Both the position numbers and the translations under genes were made by a program. The notes beneath the pieces are model-generated. The model was not told where the DNA came from. It did no database searches and saw only the letters and a program-made list of their open reading frames with translations. DNA of 64,000 bases from Kiritimatiellia bacterium (GTDB lineage Bacteria; Verrucomicrobiota; Kiritimatiellia; JAAZAB01): contig JBAZEM010000003.1 in assembly GCA_041653875.1 (NCBI GenBank), positions 34,587 through 98,586 of the forward strand. Reading direction: 5' to 3'. The first letter of the stretch is position 1; every line of letters starts with the position of its first letter. Below are positions 7,601-15,303 of this stretch, one piece after another.

Positions 7601-8297
7601 TCGCAAGCGGATGCTTGAAAATATCGATCAGACCGCCCAGCCGGTCGCGCCGCGCCAGGAGATCGGCAAGTTGATTGGAAATGACACGGACGCTGTTGTT
7701 GGCCACCGCCATTCTGCGCTGGAATGCGGCGATTTCCGCCGGATCCAGCCGGGAATCGCCCGCGGCAAAAGCATGCACATATTCGGCCACGGCTTCGTCG
7801 ATCAGGGCCGCTTGGCCGATTTCGTCAAGCAGTGCCCCGACTCTCCGAGAGGTTTGGGCGGGCGGCGTTCGGGCTTCCAGCGGCCAGTTTCGGGCAACCC
7901 GTCCGCAGAAACCATGAAAAGTATCCACCAAGAAAGCGTCCGGGCTCCGCAGCAGGATGTCCCAATCCGGGTGGGCCTTAATCGCATTGCGGGCCAGTTC
8001 CAGCAGGCGGGCTTCCCACGAACCGGGCGGGGCGGCGCAGGTGTCGTCTTGCGCCTGGCGCAGGGTCCGCGTAATACGATCCGCCATTTCGGCGGCCGCT
8101 TTGCGCGTAAAGGTGACGGCCAGAATTTGGCGCGGATGCCTGACATCGGCAAGCAGGGCCAGAAAGCGGGCGGTCAACAATGCCGTCTTGCCGGAGCCGG
8201 CGGGCGCTTCCAGGACGAAACTTCGGCGCGGGTCCAGCGCTTCCCGGCGAACCTGAATGTCCGGCGCCTGGGATTTTTTATTGCGGTCAATGTTCAT
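4623..8297 (-). CDS. addA: ATP-dependent helicase/nuclease subunit A (UvrD/Rep helicase + C-terminal PD-(D/E)XK nuclease)
   Basis: Helicase motifs EAPAGSGKTALLTARF (Walker A), ILVDEAQDMNDNQ, FIVGDPKQSIFRFRRAE, TIHKAKGLEFDHVFVVG and YVAATRARETLTLSG. C-terminal nuclease GRIDLVLKTAHDIVLVDFKTG...YRPQLGAYREM. Sits downstream of addB on the same strand. Confidence 0.9.
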   Translation of the reverse strand: MNIDRNKKSQAPDIQVRREALDPRRSFVLEAPAGSGKTALLTARFLALLADVRHPRQILAVTFTRKAAAEMADRITRTLRQAQDDTCAAPPGSWEARLLELARNAIKAHPDWDILLRSPDAFLVDTFHGFCGRVARNWPLEARTPPAQTSRRVGALLDEIGQAALIDEAVAEYVHAFAAGDSRLDPAEIAAFQRRMAVANNSVRVISNQLADLLARRDRLGGLIDIFKHPLAKDELERRTEQLAGHYLGMLRDYFARHKESWLAVKRYLDERTPLSEEIPGTTLRAVSAWQAAADVFLVKSGAPRKQFKSAEFGQNFAKTPQADFIRNLPPEIARILNFTREWQAPPTPRQADGQETGAAGGFEALSDCLRLAQGALERFGRLMSARGLDFMELELAALRAFSATGGPAAGGNQRGCPSDSLIFFHEHLRHILVDEAQDMNDNQVRILSTLTEGWAPDDGRTVFIVGDPKQSIFRFRRAEVSLFEALQANGLERSAEAPLPLKALQLNANFRSRPHLVAFANTAFARIMRSPQAAFDEVSFNASEPARDGAAAAMPITLALFSAEGGSAAGGNCRHANSFQTTLPPAGEAREQEARYVAGRVAELHRADRAASVAILIPARTHLTPYVRAMEALSLPIRLMEGVPMPDCPEVRHLLNLFKALLRPHDDVAWAGALRAPWRRLPGAMLEKLAGMPAPARWGEKISGPGRQLHPELSSFNAALDKIRPDFGRESYAISLQRLWEELGGPAAVARMYGPAGLANSMRCLDLLAQCPAGRGEETLDAFERRLERAYTPPDPRAAFSPIAIMTIHKAKGLEFDHVFVVGLDRAPGGRTAHREPDSAFLMERLPQGRHPLPVVRCPPSVVCPPSFLAAAAGDRRTDVRSLAQLLLSDLGFRRNAAEYKRLIYVAATRARETLTLSGLMPKTNGAQESQARTAAIAWFDAMSREGVFEGLPVRTLQNPQPAQTGAREPCHSERSEESQSDGHQMPEIPRRYAPRNDTLDGSPVSNHTGAPFIEPQKLPPAPAPFDPEPLPYLIRSPSKIEDETAAAARSGADESDPHARARGVVMHRIFETLARKAPMPQPPAVAAALAGEGLAHAQCRALAQEILDECRRAWEFPALTALRAAARETIPEWALEDRFDKNVIRVGRIDLVLKTAHDIVLVDFKTGRPIQDYDAWLTSEIERYRPQLGAYREMTAKALSMPPARIRTVLFFTALPRAEEIK
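5301..5383. repeat. Family E long palindrome embedded in frame in addA
   Basis: gtcattccgaggagcgtagcgacgaggaatctc ... gagattcctcgcttcgttcggaatgac. A half-copy lies at 11511-11540 (gtcatcccgagcgaagtcgagggatctgaa). Confidence 0.75.
5697..5749. repeat. Family F low-complexity 'cggacg/gacgacag' word repeat embedded in addA
   Basis: gacggaggacagacaacggacggcggacaacggacgacaggcaacggatgacgg. Related word strings lie at 11549-11597 (opposite orientation) and 54303-54345. Confidence 0.5.
6582..6611. repeat. Family D mini-palindrome embedded in frame in addA
   Basis: tccgcctgcggcggatccgccttcggcgga. Translated on the addA strand as ...AEGGSAAGGN... Confidence 0.7.
7062..7091. repeat. Family D mini-palindrome (degenerate first unit) embedded in frame in addA
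   Basis: tccaccggcggcgggtccgcctgtggcgga. Translated as ...ATGGPAAGGN... Confidence 0.6.
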
Positions 8298-8341
8298 AGT
8301 GCATGGCCAATTTATATGTGGTTGTCATTTCAATCCTTAAA

Positions 8342-8481
8342 TTAAGTCCCGCAAAGCGGGGCGACTTTTCATGTAGAGCCGACTTTATGTCGGCTATCTT
8401 CGGACAGAATAGCCGGTATAAAACCGGCTCTACCCGGATTGAAATTCCTATACATTAAGTTAGGCCCCGCAAAACGGGGCA
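8342..8481. repeat. Composite REP/BIME-like element (B hairpin - A hairpin pair - B hairpin) in the addB-addA spacer
   Basis: ttaagtcccgcaaagcggggcg; gtagagccgactttatgtcggctat ... atagccggtataaaaccggctctac; ttaagttaggccccgcaaaacggggc. Confidence 0.75.
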
Positions 8482-8672
8482 TCTTTCGCAACTGAGATTA
8501 GCCGCAAAAATGCACAAAAAGCACAAGAAGGAACCAAACAGTCAAATCTTTTTTGTGTCTCTTGCGCCTCTTTGCGGCAACTTTGTCATGCCATAGGCAA
8601 ATCCGCCTCCCGCCGTCGCATAAAGCTATGGCGGGCAGGCTGGCGGAAATTTCCCATGCATTAAATGGACTC

Positions 8673-11477
8673 TTATCCGTCCTCGCTATCGTCCTCCGGC
8701 TGGCCATGCCGGTCGAAAAACCCGCACAAGTTGAAAAACTCGCAAAACCGGCAGGCCCCGGCCCGCGCATGGAATATTGCGGGACTTCCCGGGCGAGGGT
8801 CGGCCTCGAAGCGCCCCTGGCGCGGGGCTTCCACGCGTTGCGCCAGCGCCGTTTCCCATTGCGGCAAAACTTCGCTCCAGTTGACGGGATTGCGCCGGTA
8901 ACTGAGCGGGGCGACTTGCACGTCCTCCGCCTTTCCCAGGCAAATGTATCCAGCCTGCATCGGCCCTTCGGCGGTATCCTGGAGTCCTTCAATAAGTCCC
9001 CGCTGTAATGCAAGCAAGTAGGCCGGCAATTGCAGTTCCGTTACATGGTCGATTACGGATGCCGCGGTGGGCGCGGCTCCGGACTTGTAATCCCAGACGG
9101 CGAAGCCTTCGGAAGCATGCCGGTCGATCCGATCGATCCGGCCGCGCAGAATAAGCCCGGCCACCGCAAGGCCGGTGAACGGCGCTTCGGTCGAGGCAAA
9201 CCGCCAGCCGGCGCGCGCGCGTTCCCGCTCCTGATCGAGCCAGGCCGGCAATATGCCCGGCATTTCCGAATCGCCCAGCAGCCGGAGCCGCTCCACGTGC
9301 CAGAAAACATTGTCCGGACAATGCGAGAATTCATGTGCGACGGCTTGTTCGAGCCAGATGCGGGCGCTGTGGCCGTCTTCAGGCCAGCCGGGCGCGTGGC
9401 CGGACAAACCATCCGCAAACGTTTTCAAGATGCCGTGCAGGACCTTGCCGCGCATCCGCGGATCGATGCCCTCATCGGCCAGGGCCAGCGGCTCCAATTT
9501 GAGCAGACGTTTGCAAAAAAACTGGAACGGGCATCCCGCCAGGTCCTCGACCGCCGTCACACTCCATTCCGCGGCCAACGGCGCGGCCGACATTTCGGAC
9601 TGGCGAGGCGGCTTAATACTGCCGCGATCAGTGAGCGCGAGATATCCGTCCCGCAGCCAGCGCGCCCGCATCCATTCCGCCGTCGGGTTTTCCCAGAGAT
9701 TGTAGGCTGTCTGAACCGGGTTGCCGTCGGCGCCGGCCTCGTCGGGCAAAAGGGCGCAGGGCGCATACGGCGTTTGCTCGTCGCCTTCCGCGGCGCGGCT
9801 GACATGGATCCGCGGCGCGGCGGCCATGAGCGCCGCCAAACGCCGTTTGCCTTGCTCCCATTGCCGCTCAATGGTACCGCCCGCCAGAAGCCGTTGCTCG
9901 TCCGGGTCCAGGAACGGCCATTCCTGCGCGGGCGGCAAAAGGGCCGCGTCGTGGGCGCCGACCAACCACAGATAGTCAAAGGCCAAACCGCGCGCCTCGT
10001 CCGGATCAAGGATCTGGATGCCGGCGGTTTCCGGTGTTTTTTCGGCGACAATAATTTTTTCGGCGGCCGTGGAAAGCCAGGCTATGGCGGAAGAAGCGTT
10101 CACGACGGTCGCGCCAGCCTCCCGCGCCAATTGACGGACGATCTCTTCCAAATGCTGATGGGCCAAGGCGTCGGCGGAGCGGTGCCGGCCTTCATATCGG
10201 CAAAAACCCAAGGCGCTCAGGCACGCCTGGGCGCCATTCAACCAATCGGCCAATGGCGCCGTTTGACGGTCGGTCAAGCGTTGGAAGTCCGCCATGAGAT
10301 AGCCCCGATCGGCCAAGGCCTTAAACGCTTCCTTTAGCGACAGGACCCGCTCCGGTTCCCAGAGTGCGGCGCGCAGGTCGTCCGCCGTCCGGGGTTCCGG
10401 TTTCCGGATATAAGGCGACACGAGCAGTGAAGTTAACAGCGGCACGGGATTGGGTTCGTCCGAGAGGCGCAGAGGGATAATCGCAGTTTGAAAAAGCGGG
10501 TGCTCGATGAGCGGAGTGCCGATCGAAAGGTTGTAGCGGATCGCATGTTCGAAGTCCGGTCGTTCCAATCCCGCCAGTTCGTCGAAACAGCGCTTGAGCA
10601 GGGGGAAACAGGACTGATCGGCAAAAACAACCGCCAGTTTCTTTTCGCCGCCGTTCCAGGCGCGCAAGACATCGGCGCAAACTGCGCGGCATTCCTGTTC
10701 CGGGGTGGCATACAGGCGGACACGCGCCGCCGGGCCGGGTTCGACCTCGGAACGCCAAAGCGCGGTCTTGCTCCTCACGGCCAAAGCGTCGCAAAGCGAT
10801 CGTTCGAGCGGCGCCACATTGTCAAGACCCGCCAAAATCGCATGTTGCGGAATAGTCGCGCGCCCGTCGGTGACGGCTGCGCTTACGGCCCGAACCATGT
10901 CGCGCCAGAGCGCAACGCCTTCGCGCTCGATGAGCGCCAGAAAACGGGCGGTAACCTCGCGCCGGAATCCGGCCAAGGGGTGCTCGCCGGCGCCTCCAAC
11001 CGGATCCAGACCGCTCTCCAGCAGGGCATCCAGCGAAGTTTGCAATTGGGCATAGAGCGCCGGTTGCGCAATCAACCCCTCGGGCATGGACACACCCCGC
11101 GCGGCTTCGTGCCAAAGTTGCAGCGACAAGGCCGGGGAGAGTGGGCGGCGCGGCGGCCAGAGCGCGGCATAGGTTTCACGAACCCATCCGCGCAACGAGT
11201 GCGCCGGCGGCGTTTCCCAGCCGCTTGTAGCCTTGGCTATGTGCTCCTGGCGATAGCGGTGCAATAGCCGCCGCGCCAGGCGCGCCGTGGCGCACAACAC
11301 CAGGGCGCCCTCCGCCGCCGCCCCAATCGCGGCGCGCTCGAACTCGCCGGCGGAGGAAAAGAGCCGCGTTTCCCCCCGCCAGCCCGCATCCGCCGGTATG
11401 CCTTCGCGTGTTGCCATGCCGTAAAAATAGCACGCATCAGGGGGTGGCAACAAGTCTCCATCCTGGTTTGTCGGCAA
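8673..11477 (-). CDS. addB: ATP-dependent helicase/nuclease subunit B-like (inactivated helicase + RecB-type nuclease with Fe-S Cys cluster)
   Basis: C-terminal LRGRIDRIDRHASEGFAVWDYKSG ... LQLPAYLLAL. Cys pattern CPFQFFC ... CRFCEFFNLC, as in AddB iron-sulfur nuclease domains. Synteny with addA. An alternative start is the Met of MATREG at 11417. Confidence 0.85.
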   Translation of the reverse strand: MPTNQDGDLLPPPDACYFYGMATREGIPADAGWRGETRLFSSAGEFERAAIGAAAEGALVLCATARLARRLLHRYRQEHIAKATSGWETPPAHSLRGWVRETYAALWPPRRPLSPALSLQLWHEAARGVSMPEGLIAQPALYAQLQTSLDALLESGLDPVGGAGEHPLAGFRREVTARFLALIEREGVALWRDMVRAVSAAVTDGRATIPQHAILAGLDNVAPLERSLCDALAVRSKTALWRSEVEPGPAARVRLYATPEQECRAVCADVLRAWNGGEKKLAVVFADQSCFPLLKRCFDELAGLERPDFEHAIRYNLSIGTPLIEHPLFQTAIIPLRLSDEPNPVPLLTSLLVSPYIRKPEPRTADDLRAALWEPERVLSLKEAFKALADRGYLMADFQRLTDRQTAPLADWLNGAQACLSALGFCRYEGRHRSADALAHQHLEEIVRQLAREAGATVVNASSAIAWLSTAAEKIIVAEKTPETAGIQILDPDEARGLAFDYLWLVGAHDAALLPPAQEWPFLDPDEQRLLAGGTIERQWEQGKRRLAALMAAAPRIHVSRAAEGDEQTPYAPCALLPDEAGADGNPVQTAYNLWENPTAEWMRARWLRDGYLALTDRGSIKPPRQSEMSAAPLAAEWSVTAVEDLAGCPFQFFCKRLLKLEPLALADEGIDPRMRGKVLHGILKTFADGLSGHAPGWPEDGHSARIWLEQAVAHEFSHCPDNVFWHVERLRLLGDSEMPGILPAWLDQERERARAGWRFASTEAPFTGLAVAGLILRGRIDRIDRHASEGFAVWDYKSGAAPTAASVIDHVTELQLPAYLLALQRGLIEGLQDTAEGPMQAGYICLGKAEDVQVAPLSYRRNPVNWSEVLPQWETALAQRVEAPRQGRFEADPRPGSPAIFHARAGACRFCEFFNLCGFFDRHGQPEDDSEDG

Positions 11478-11510
11478 TTCTCATTATGGCATTCCGTCAT
11501 CGGCGAACAT

Positions 11511-11597
11511 GTCATCCCGAGCGAAGTCGAGGGATCTGAATTTTCTCCGGTCTGTCGTCCGGCGTCCGTCCTCTGTCGTCCGTCTTCCGGCGTCCGC
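11511..11597. repeat. Family E half-site followed by family F word repeat
   Basis: gtcatcccgagcgaagtcgagggatctgaa, then ggtctgtcgtccggcgtccgtcctctgtcgtccgtcttccggcgtccgc. Confidence 0.5.
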
Positions 11598-12126
11598 TTC
11601 CCGCCTCTTTCAACTGGCAATTCCGAACACGCCTTGCTACATTCAAAACCGTTGGGCACACGCAAACGGGGCATTCCTGCAAATCGTGCTGTGGGATGAC
11701 AGGGACATGAAACATCGATCGGCACACTGCCGGGACTAAAGCAATGGCCTGGAGTAGAGTGGGGCGCGTATGACGGATTCACAATCATCGAGATTGACCG
11801 GGTGCTGGCGGGGCACGATGGATTCACACCCAAATCCTCGCCTAAGCACCCTTGTGAATGGCGAGATAGTTGATGCGGACCCTTGTGGCAGCGGTCCAGC
11901 CGGCCGTTGTCGCGCCGAAGCGGCGCTATGCCGTGCCGCGAAGGCGGAAGGCTGGGCGCTACCCAAAGACATCCATGGACTGTATAGGGCTTCAGGTAGG
12001 GCTCGACTGCCTGCCCGCCATAGCCCCGGGCGACGGCGGATCCCTGCCGAGCCCTGGAATTAGGGCATCGCCTGATAACCGCAAGAACGTTTTGTCTTAG
12101 GCGAGGATTTGGTCACACCGGAGGAG

Positions 12127-12155
12127 TTGGACTTCATAATCAATTATGATATAAA
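12127..12155 (+). promoter_or_regulatory. Putative sigma70-type promoter with a 7-2-7 palindromic operator in the spacer
   Basis: TTGGAC (12127-12132), a 17-nt spacer, then TATAAA (12150-12155). The spacer contains the perfect palindrome tcataat-ca-attatga (12134-12149). It lies ~90 nt upstream of ATG 12245. Confidence 0.35.
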
Positions 12156-12244
12156 GCGACGCACGGGTTTGGATGGCGGAGAGGATGCGGGCCCGAAGCG
12201 AACGAATAATGTGGAAACACAAAGGGATTTGTAGGGAGCTAACG

Positions 12245-13366
12245 ATGCCCGAACTGGATTATATTACAGTCAAGGGCTTCAAGAGCATTGCCTCAGTGGA
12301 AAAACTGGCTCTGAAGCCGGTCAATGTAATCATTGGCCCAAACGGCTCCGGCAAGTCCAACTTCATAGGTGTTTTTGCGTTCCTCCATGCCATGCGTGAA
12401 GGCCGCCTGCAGGATTATGTTGCCCAGGCCGGCGGTGCGGATAAACTTCTGCACTTTGGGGCGAAGGTGACTCCCGGAATGAAGATTCTTATATCGTTCC
12501 AAGACGAGAAGAACCAATACGAGATAACGTTAAAGTCGACTGAGACCGACACGCTTTTTCCATCCGAGGAACTCGTCTATTATTGGGATAAGGCCGCTTA
12601 CCCGAAAGGACCGATGGGCCGCGGTCTTTCAAGAATTGGCAACGAAGCCGGCATTAGTCAGGATTCAAGTGACCGAATAGCCGGTTGGGTGCGTAAGCGT
12701 CTGGGAAGCTGGCGGGTATATCATTTCCATGACACAAGCGCTTCTTCTCCAATGAAGAAGACTGCGGACCTTAACGACAACCGATTTCTTCGGCCTGATG
12801 GTTCGAACCTGTCCTCTTTCCTCTACTACCTTCGGACAAAGCGAAAGGATTCCTATGCGCTTATCCGTAGCACAGTTCAGAGGGTAACGCCATTCTTTGA
12901 TGATTTTCAATTGGAGCCGTCGAAACTCAGTCCCGACAAGATGCGTTTGGAGTGGAAACACAAGAACTCTGACAAATATTTTGATGCGTCTTCTCTGTCG
13001 GATGGCACACTCCGCTTCATGGCCTTGGCAACGTTGTTTCTTCAACCGGAGCTGTATCGCCCATCCGTCATATTGATAGACGAACCTGAACTTGGACTCC
13101 ATCCCTACGCTATCGCGATGCTGGCTTCACTTGTCAAGATGGCATCGGAGAAGACGCAGGTGATTGTCTCCACGCAATCGCCCATGCTTCTCGACCACTT
13201 TACCCCTGAAGATGTTCTTGTGACTAATCGTGTGGCAGGAGGCACGCGATTTGAGCGATTGGATTCACAAAAACTCGCTTCCTGGTTGGAGGATTATAGT
13301 TTGGGTCAGTTGTGGGAGAAGAACGAGTTTGGAGGACGTCCATCCGGGGCGGGGGATAAAAGATGA
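12245..13366 (+). CDS. ABC/SMC-head-type ATPase (AAA_15/AAA_21-like)
   Basis: Walker A GPNGSGKSN, signature-like LSDGTLRF, Walker B/D-loop VILIDEPELGLHP, then VSTQSP. A GGGAG Shine-Dalgarno lies 6 nt before ATG 12245 (the track ORF starts at 12173). G+C is visibly lower than the flanks. Confidence 0.88.
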   Translation: MPELDYITVKGFKSIASVEKLALKPVNVIIGPNGSGKSNFIGVFAFLHAMREGRLQDYVAQAGGADKLLHFGAKVTPGMKILISFQDEKNQYEITLKSTETDTLFPSEELVYYWDKAAYPKGPMGRGLSRIGNEAGISQDSSDRIAGWVRKRLGSWRVYHFHDTSASSPMKKTADLNDNRFLRPDGSNLSSFLYYLRTKRKDSYALIRSTVQRVTPFFDDFQLEPSKLSPDKMRLEWKHKNSDKYFDASSLSDGTLRFMALATLFLQPELYRPSVILIDEPELGLHPYAIAMLASLVKMASEKTQVIVSTQSPMLLDHFTPEDVLVTNRVAGGTRFERLDSQKLASWLEDYSLGQLWEKNEFGGRPSGAGDKR

Positions 13367-14073
13367 AGCGGCTCCTAATCCATGTAGAGGGAGAAACGGA
13401 AGAAGACTTTGTGAACTATGTGCTTGCCCCGCATCTTTACGATAAAGGTTACGAAACCGTTGGGGCTAGACTCGTTGGCAATGCCCGGCTTCGTCAACGT
13501 CGTGGCGGGATCCGGGCATGGTCTTCCGTGCGGGCAGACATTGTGAAGCACTTGCGTGAGGACCAAGGCTCCGTTGCGACAACAATGGTGGACTACTATG
13601 CGTTGCCCAGTACCGGCGAAAAAGCATGGCCGGGGCGCGATGAGGCTGGGCGTCTTCAATTCGATCGCAAAGCGGACACCGTTGAACAGGCCTTGCAGGC
13701 GGACCTGACGGCGTTCATGGGTGTTGACTTCGATCAGCGAAAGTTCATTCCGTTCGTCATTATGCATGAGTTCGAAGGCCTGCTTTTCAGCGACTGTGCG
13801 GCGTTCAGTCGTGGTATTTACCGCCCGGAACTGCAGGCCGATTTTCAAGTCATTCGTGATGCGTTCAAAACACCGGAAGAGATTAACGATTCCCCGGTTA
13901 CATCGCCGTCGAAACGAGTGCTCGCTATCATTCCGAATTATGAGAAACCTCTGTTGGGAACCTTGGCCGTTCTGGCCATTGGGCTCGACAACATCCGGGG
14001 CGCGTGTCCGCATTTTAGCGACTGGGTTACTCGATTGGAAAGAGCCACAATAGGACCAAACATGGCCTTATGA
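13363..14073 (+). CDS. DUF4276-like protein (possible TOPRIM-like effector)
   Basis: N-terminal strand plus acidic motif LLIHVEGETEEDF. Central FVIMHEFEGLLF, which is the conserved FE motif I associate with DUF4276. Its ATG overlaps the ATPase stop (ATGA at 13363-13366). Confidence 0.8.
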   Translation: MKRLLIHVEGETEEDFVNYVLAPHLYDKGYETVGARLVGNARLRQRRGGIRAWSSVRADIVKHLREDQGSVATTMVDYYALPSTGEKAWPGRDEAGRLQFDRKADTVEQALQADLTAFMGVDFDQRKFIPFVIMHEFEGLLFSDCAAFSRGIYRPELQADFQVIRDAFKTPEEINDSPVTSPSKRVLAIIPNYEKPLLGTLAVLAIGLDNIRGACPHFSDWVTRLERATIGPNMAL

Positions 14074-14301
14074 TGAATAACCCAATAACGCGAAATGACC
14101 CAATTAATGACGCAATCATTGGCTGTCGCAATGAATGGGCCTATGACCTGCGATGCGATTGATCGGGTATTGGCGAAATGCTGCCCGCTTTTCCACCCAA
14201 TGCGCGCTGAATTTGCTTGCCGGAACGGGGCGAATCCTTAACAATATCCGAGTGCAGTCGGGCAAACAATCTGCCGGCATTCCGATCGCTGGGCGTGTCA
14301 C

Positions 14302-15303
14302 ATGAAAAAACGGATCGATCTCAAGGGGCGCAGTCTGCTGAAAATCTCCGATCTGTCGGATGACGAATTGATCTACCTGCTGGATTTGGCGGACCGCCTG
14401 AAGCTCAAAAAGAAAAGGGGCGTGCGCGGCAATCTCCTGGCGCGCAAAAACATCGCGCTGATTTTCGAAAAGGCGTCCACCCGCACGCGCTCGGCTTTCA
14501 CCGTGGCCGCCGTGGACGAGGGCGGCAGTGTGGAATTCCTGGGCATGCACGATATTCATCTGGGCAAGAAGGAATCCATCAAGGACTCCGCCCGTGTGCT
14601 GGGCCGCATGTTCGACGCCATCCAGTTTCGGGGCTTCGCGCAAGCCACGGCGGAAAGCCTGGCGCAGCATTCCGGGGTGCCGGTCTGGAATGGGTTGACG
14701 GACGACGCGCATCCCACGCAGGCCCTGGCAGACCTGATGACCATCCGCGAGCATTTCCACCGCCTGAAAGGCCTGAAGGTGGTGTATCTGGGCGATGGCC
14801 GCAACAACGTGTGCCTTTCGCTCATGATGGGGTGCGCCAAGACGGGCGCCCATTTCGTGGATTGCACGCCGCGGGAGCTTGCGCCCGCCCCGGCGCGTTT
14901 GGAAGAAGCTCGCGCTGTGGCGCGCCGGAACGCCTGCACGGTGACGGTGGAGCCGGATCCGGCCAAGGCCGTGGCCGGCGCCCAGGTTGTTTACACGGAC
15001 GTCTGGGTCTCCATGGGCGAGGAATCCAAGTTCGACGAGCGCTTGCGGCTCCTGAAACCATACCAGGTCAACATGGACCTTATCCGGCAAACCGGCAATA
15101 CGGCGCGGGACGGCGTGATTTTCCTGCATTGCCTGCCGGCCTTCCATAACCACGAGACGGAGCTGACCCGCAAACTGGGCGCGCTGGAAGTCACGGACGA
15201 AGTGTTCGAGGCGCCGTTTTCAAAGGTTTTCGACCAGGCCGAGAATCGGATGCATACCATCAAGGCCTTGATGGTGGCGACCCTGACGGGATGCAAGGGG
15301 TAA
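14302..15303 (+). CDS. argF: Ornithine carbamoyltransferase
   Basis: STRTRSAF carbamoyl-phosphate motif, HPTQALADLMTI, FLHCLPAFH. About 333 aa, as in ArgF/ArgI. Confidence 0.92.
   Translation: MKKRIDLKGRSLLKISDLSDDELIYLLDLADRLKLKKKRGVRGNLLARKNIALIFEKASTRTRSAFTVAAVDEGGSVEFLGMHDIHLGKKESIKDSARVLGRMFDAIQFRGFAQATAESLAQHSGVPVWNGLTDDAHPTQALADLMTIREHFHRLKGLKVVYLGDGRNNVCLSLMMGCAKTGAHFVDCTPRELAPAPARLEEARAVARRNACTVTVEPDPAKAVAGAQVVYTDVWVSMGEESKFDERLRLLKPYQVNMDLIRQTGNTARDGVIFLHCLPAFHNHETELTRKLGALEVTDEVFEAPFSKVFDQAENRMHTIKALMVATLTGCKG

Noticed and set aside
8498-9013. 171-aa minus-strand and 151-aa plus-strand ORFs spanning the addB 3' end and the spacer.
   Set aside because: They overlap the addB coding sequence or are made of repeat sequence (for example ...KRRKRHKKDLTVWFLLVLFVHFCG from the gccgcaaaaatgcacaaaaagcacaag hairpin).
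11770-12063. 97-aa ORF containing DPCGSG (SEC-C-like).
   Set aside because: There is no Shine-Dalgarno sequence. It has the Arg/Ala-rich composition of GC-rich non-coding DNA, and only a 6-residue resemblance to the motif. It is kept only as part of the junction finding.
14116-15153. 345-aa ORF on the minus strand.
   Set aside because: It lies entirely antisense to argF, which has unambiguous OTCase motifs. Its Arg/Gly/Ala/His-rich composition is typical of shadow ORFs in high-GC DNA.
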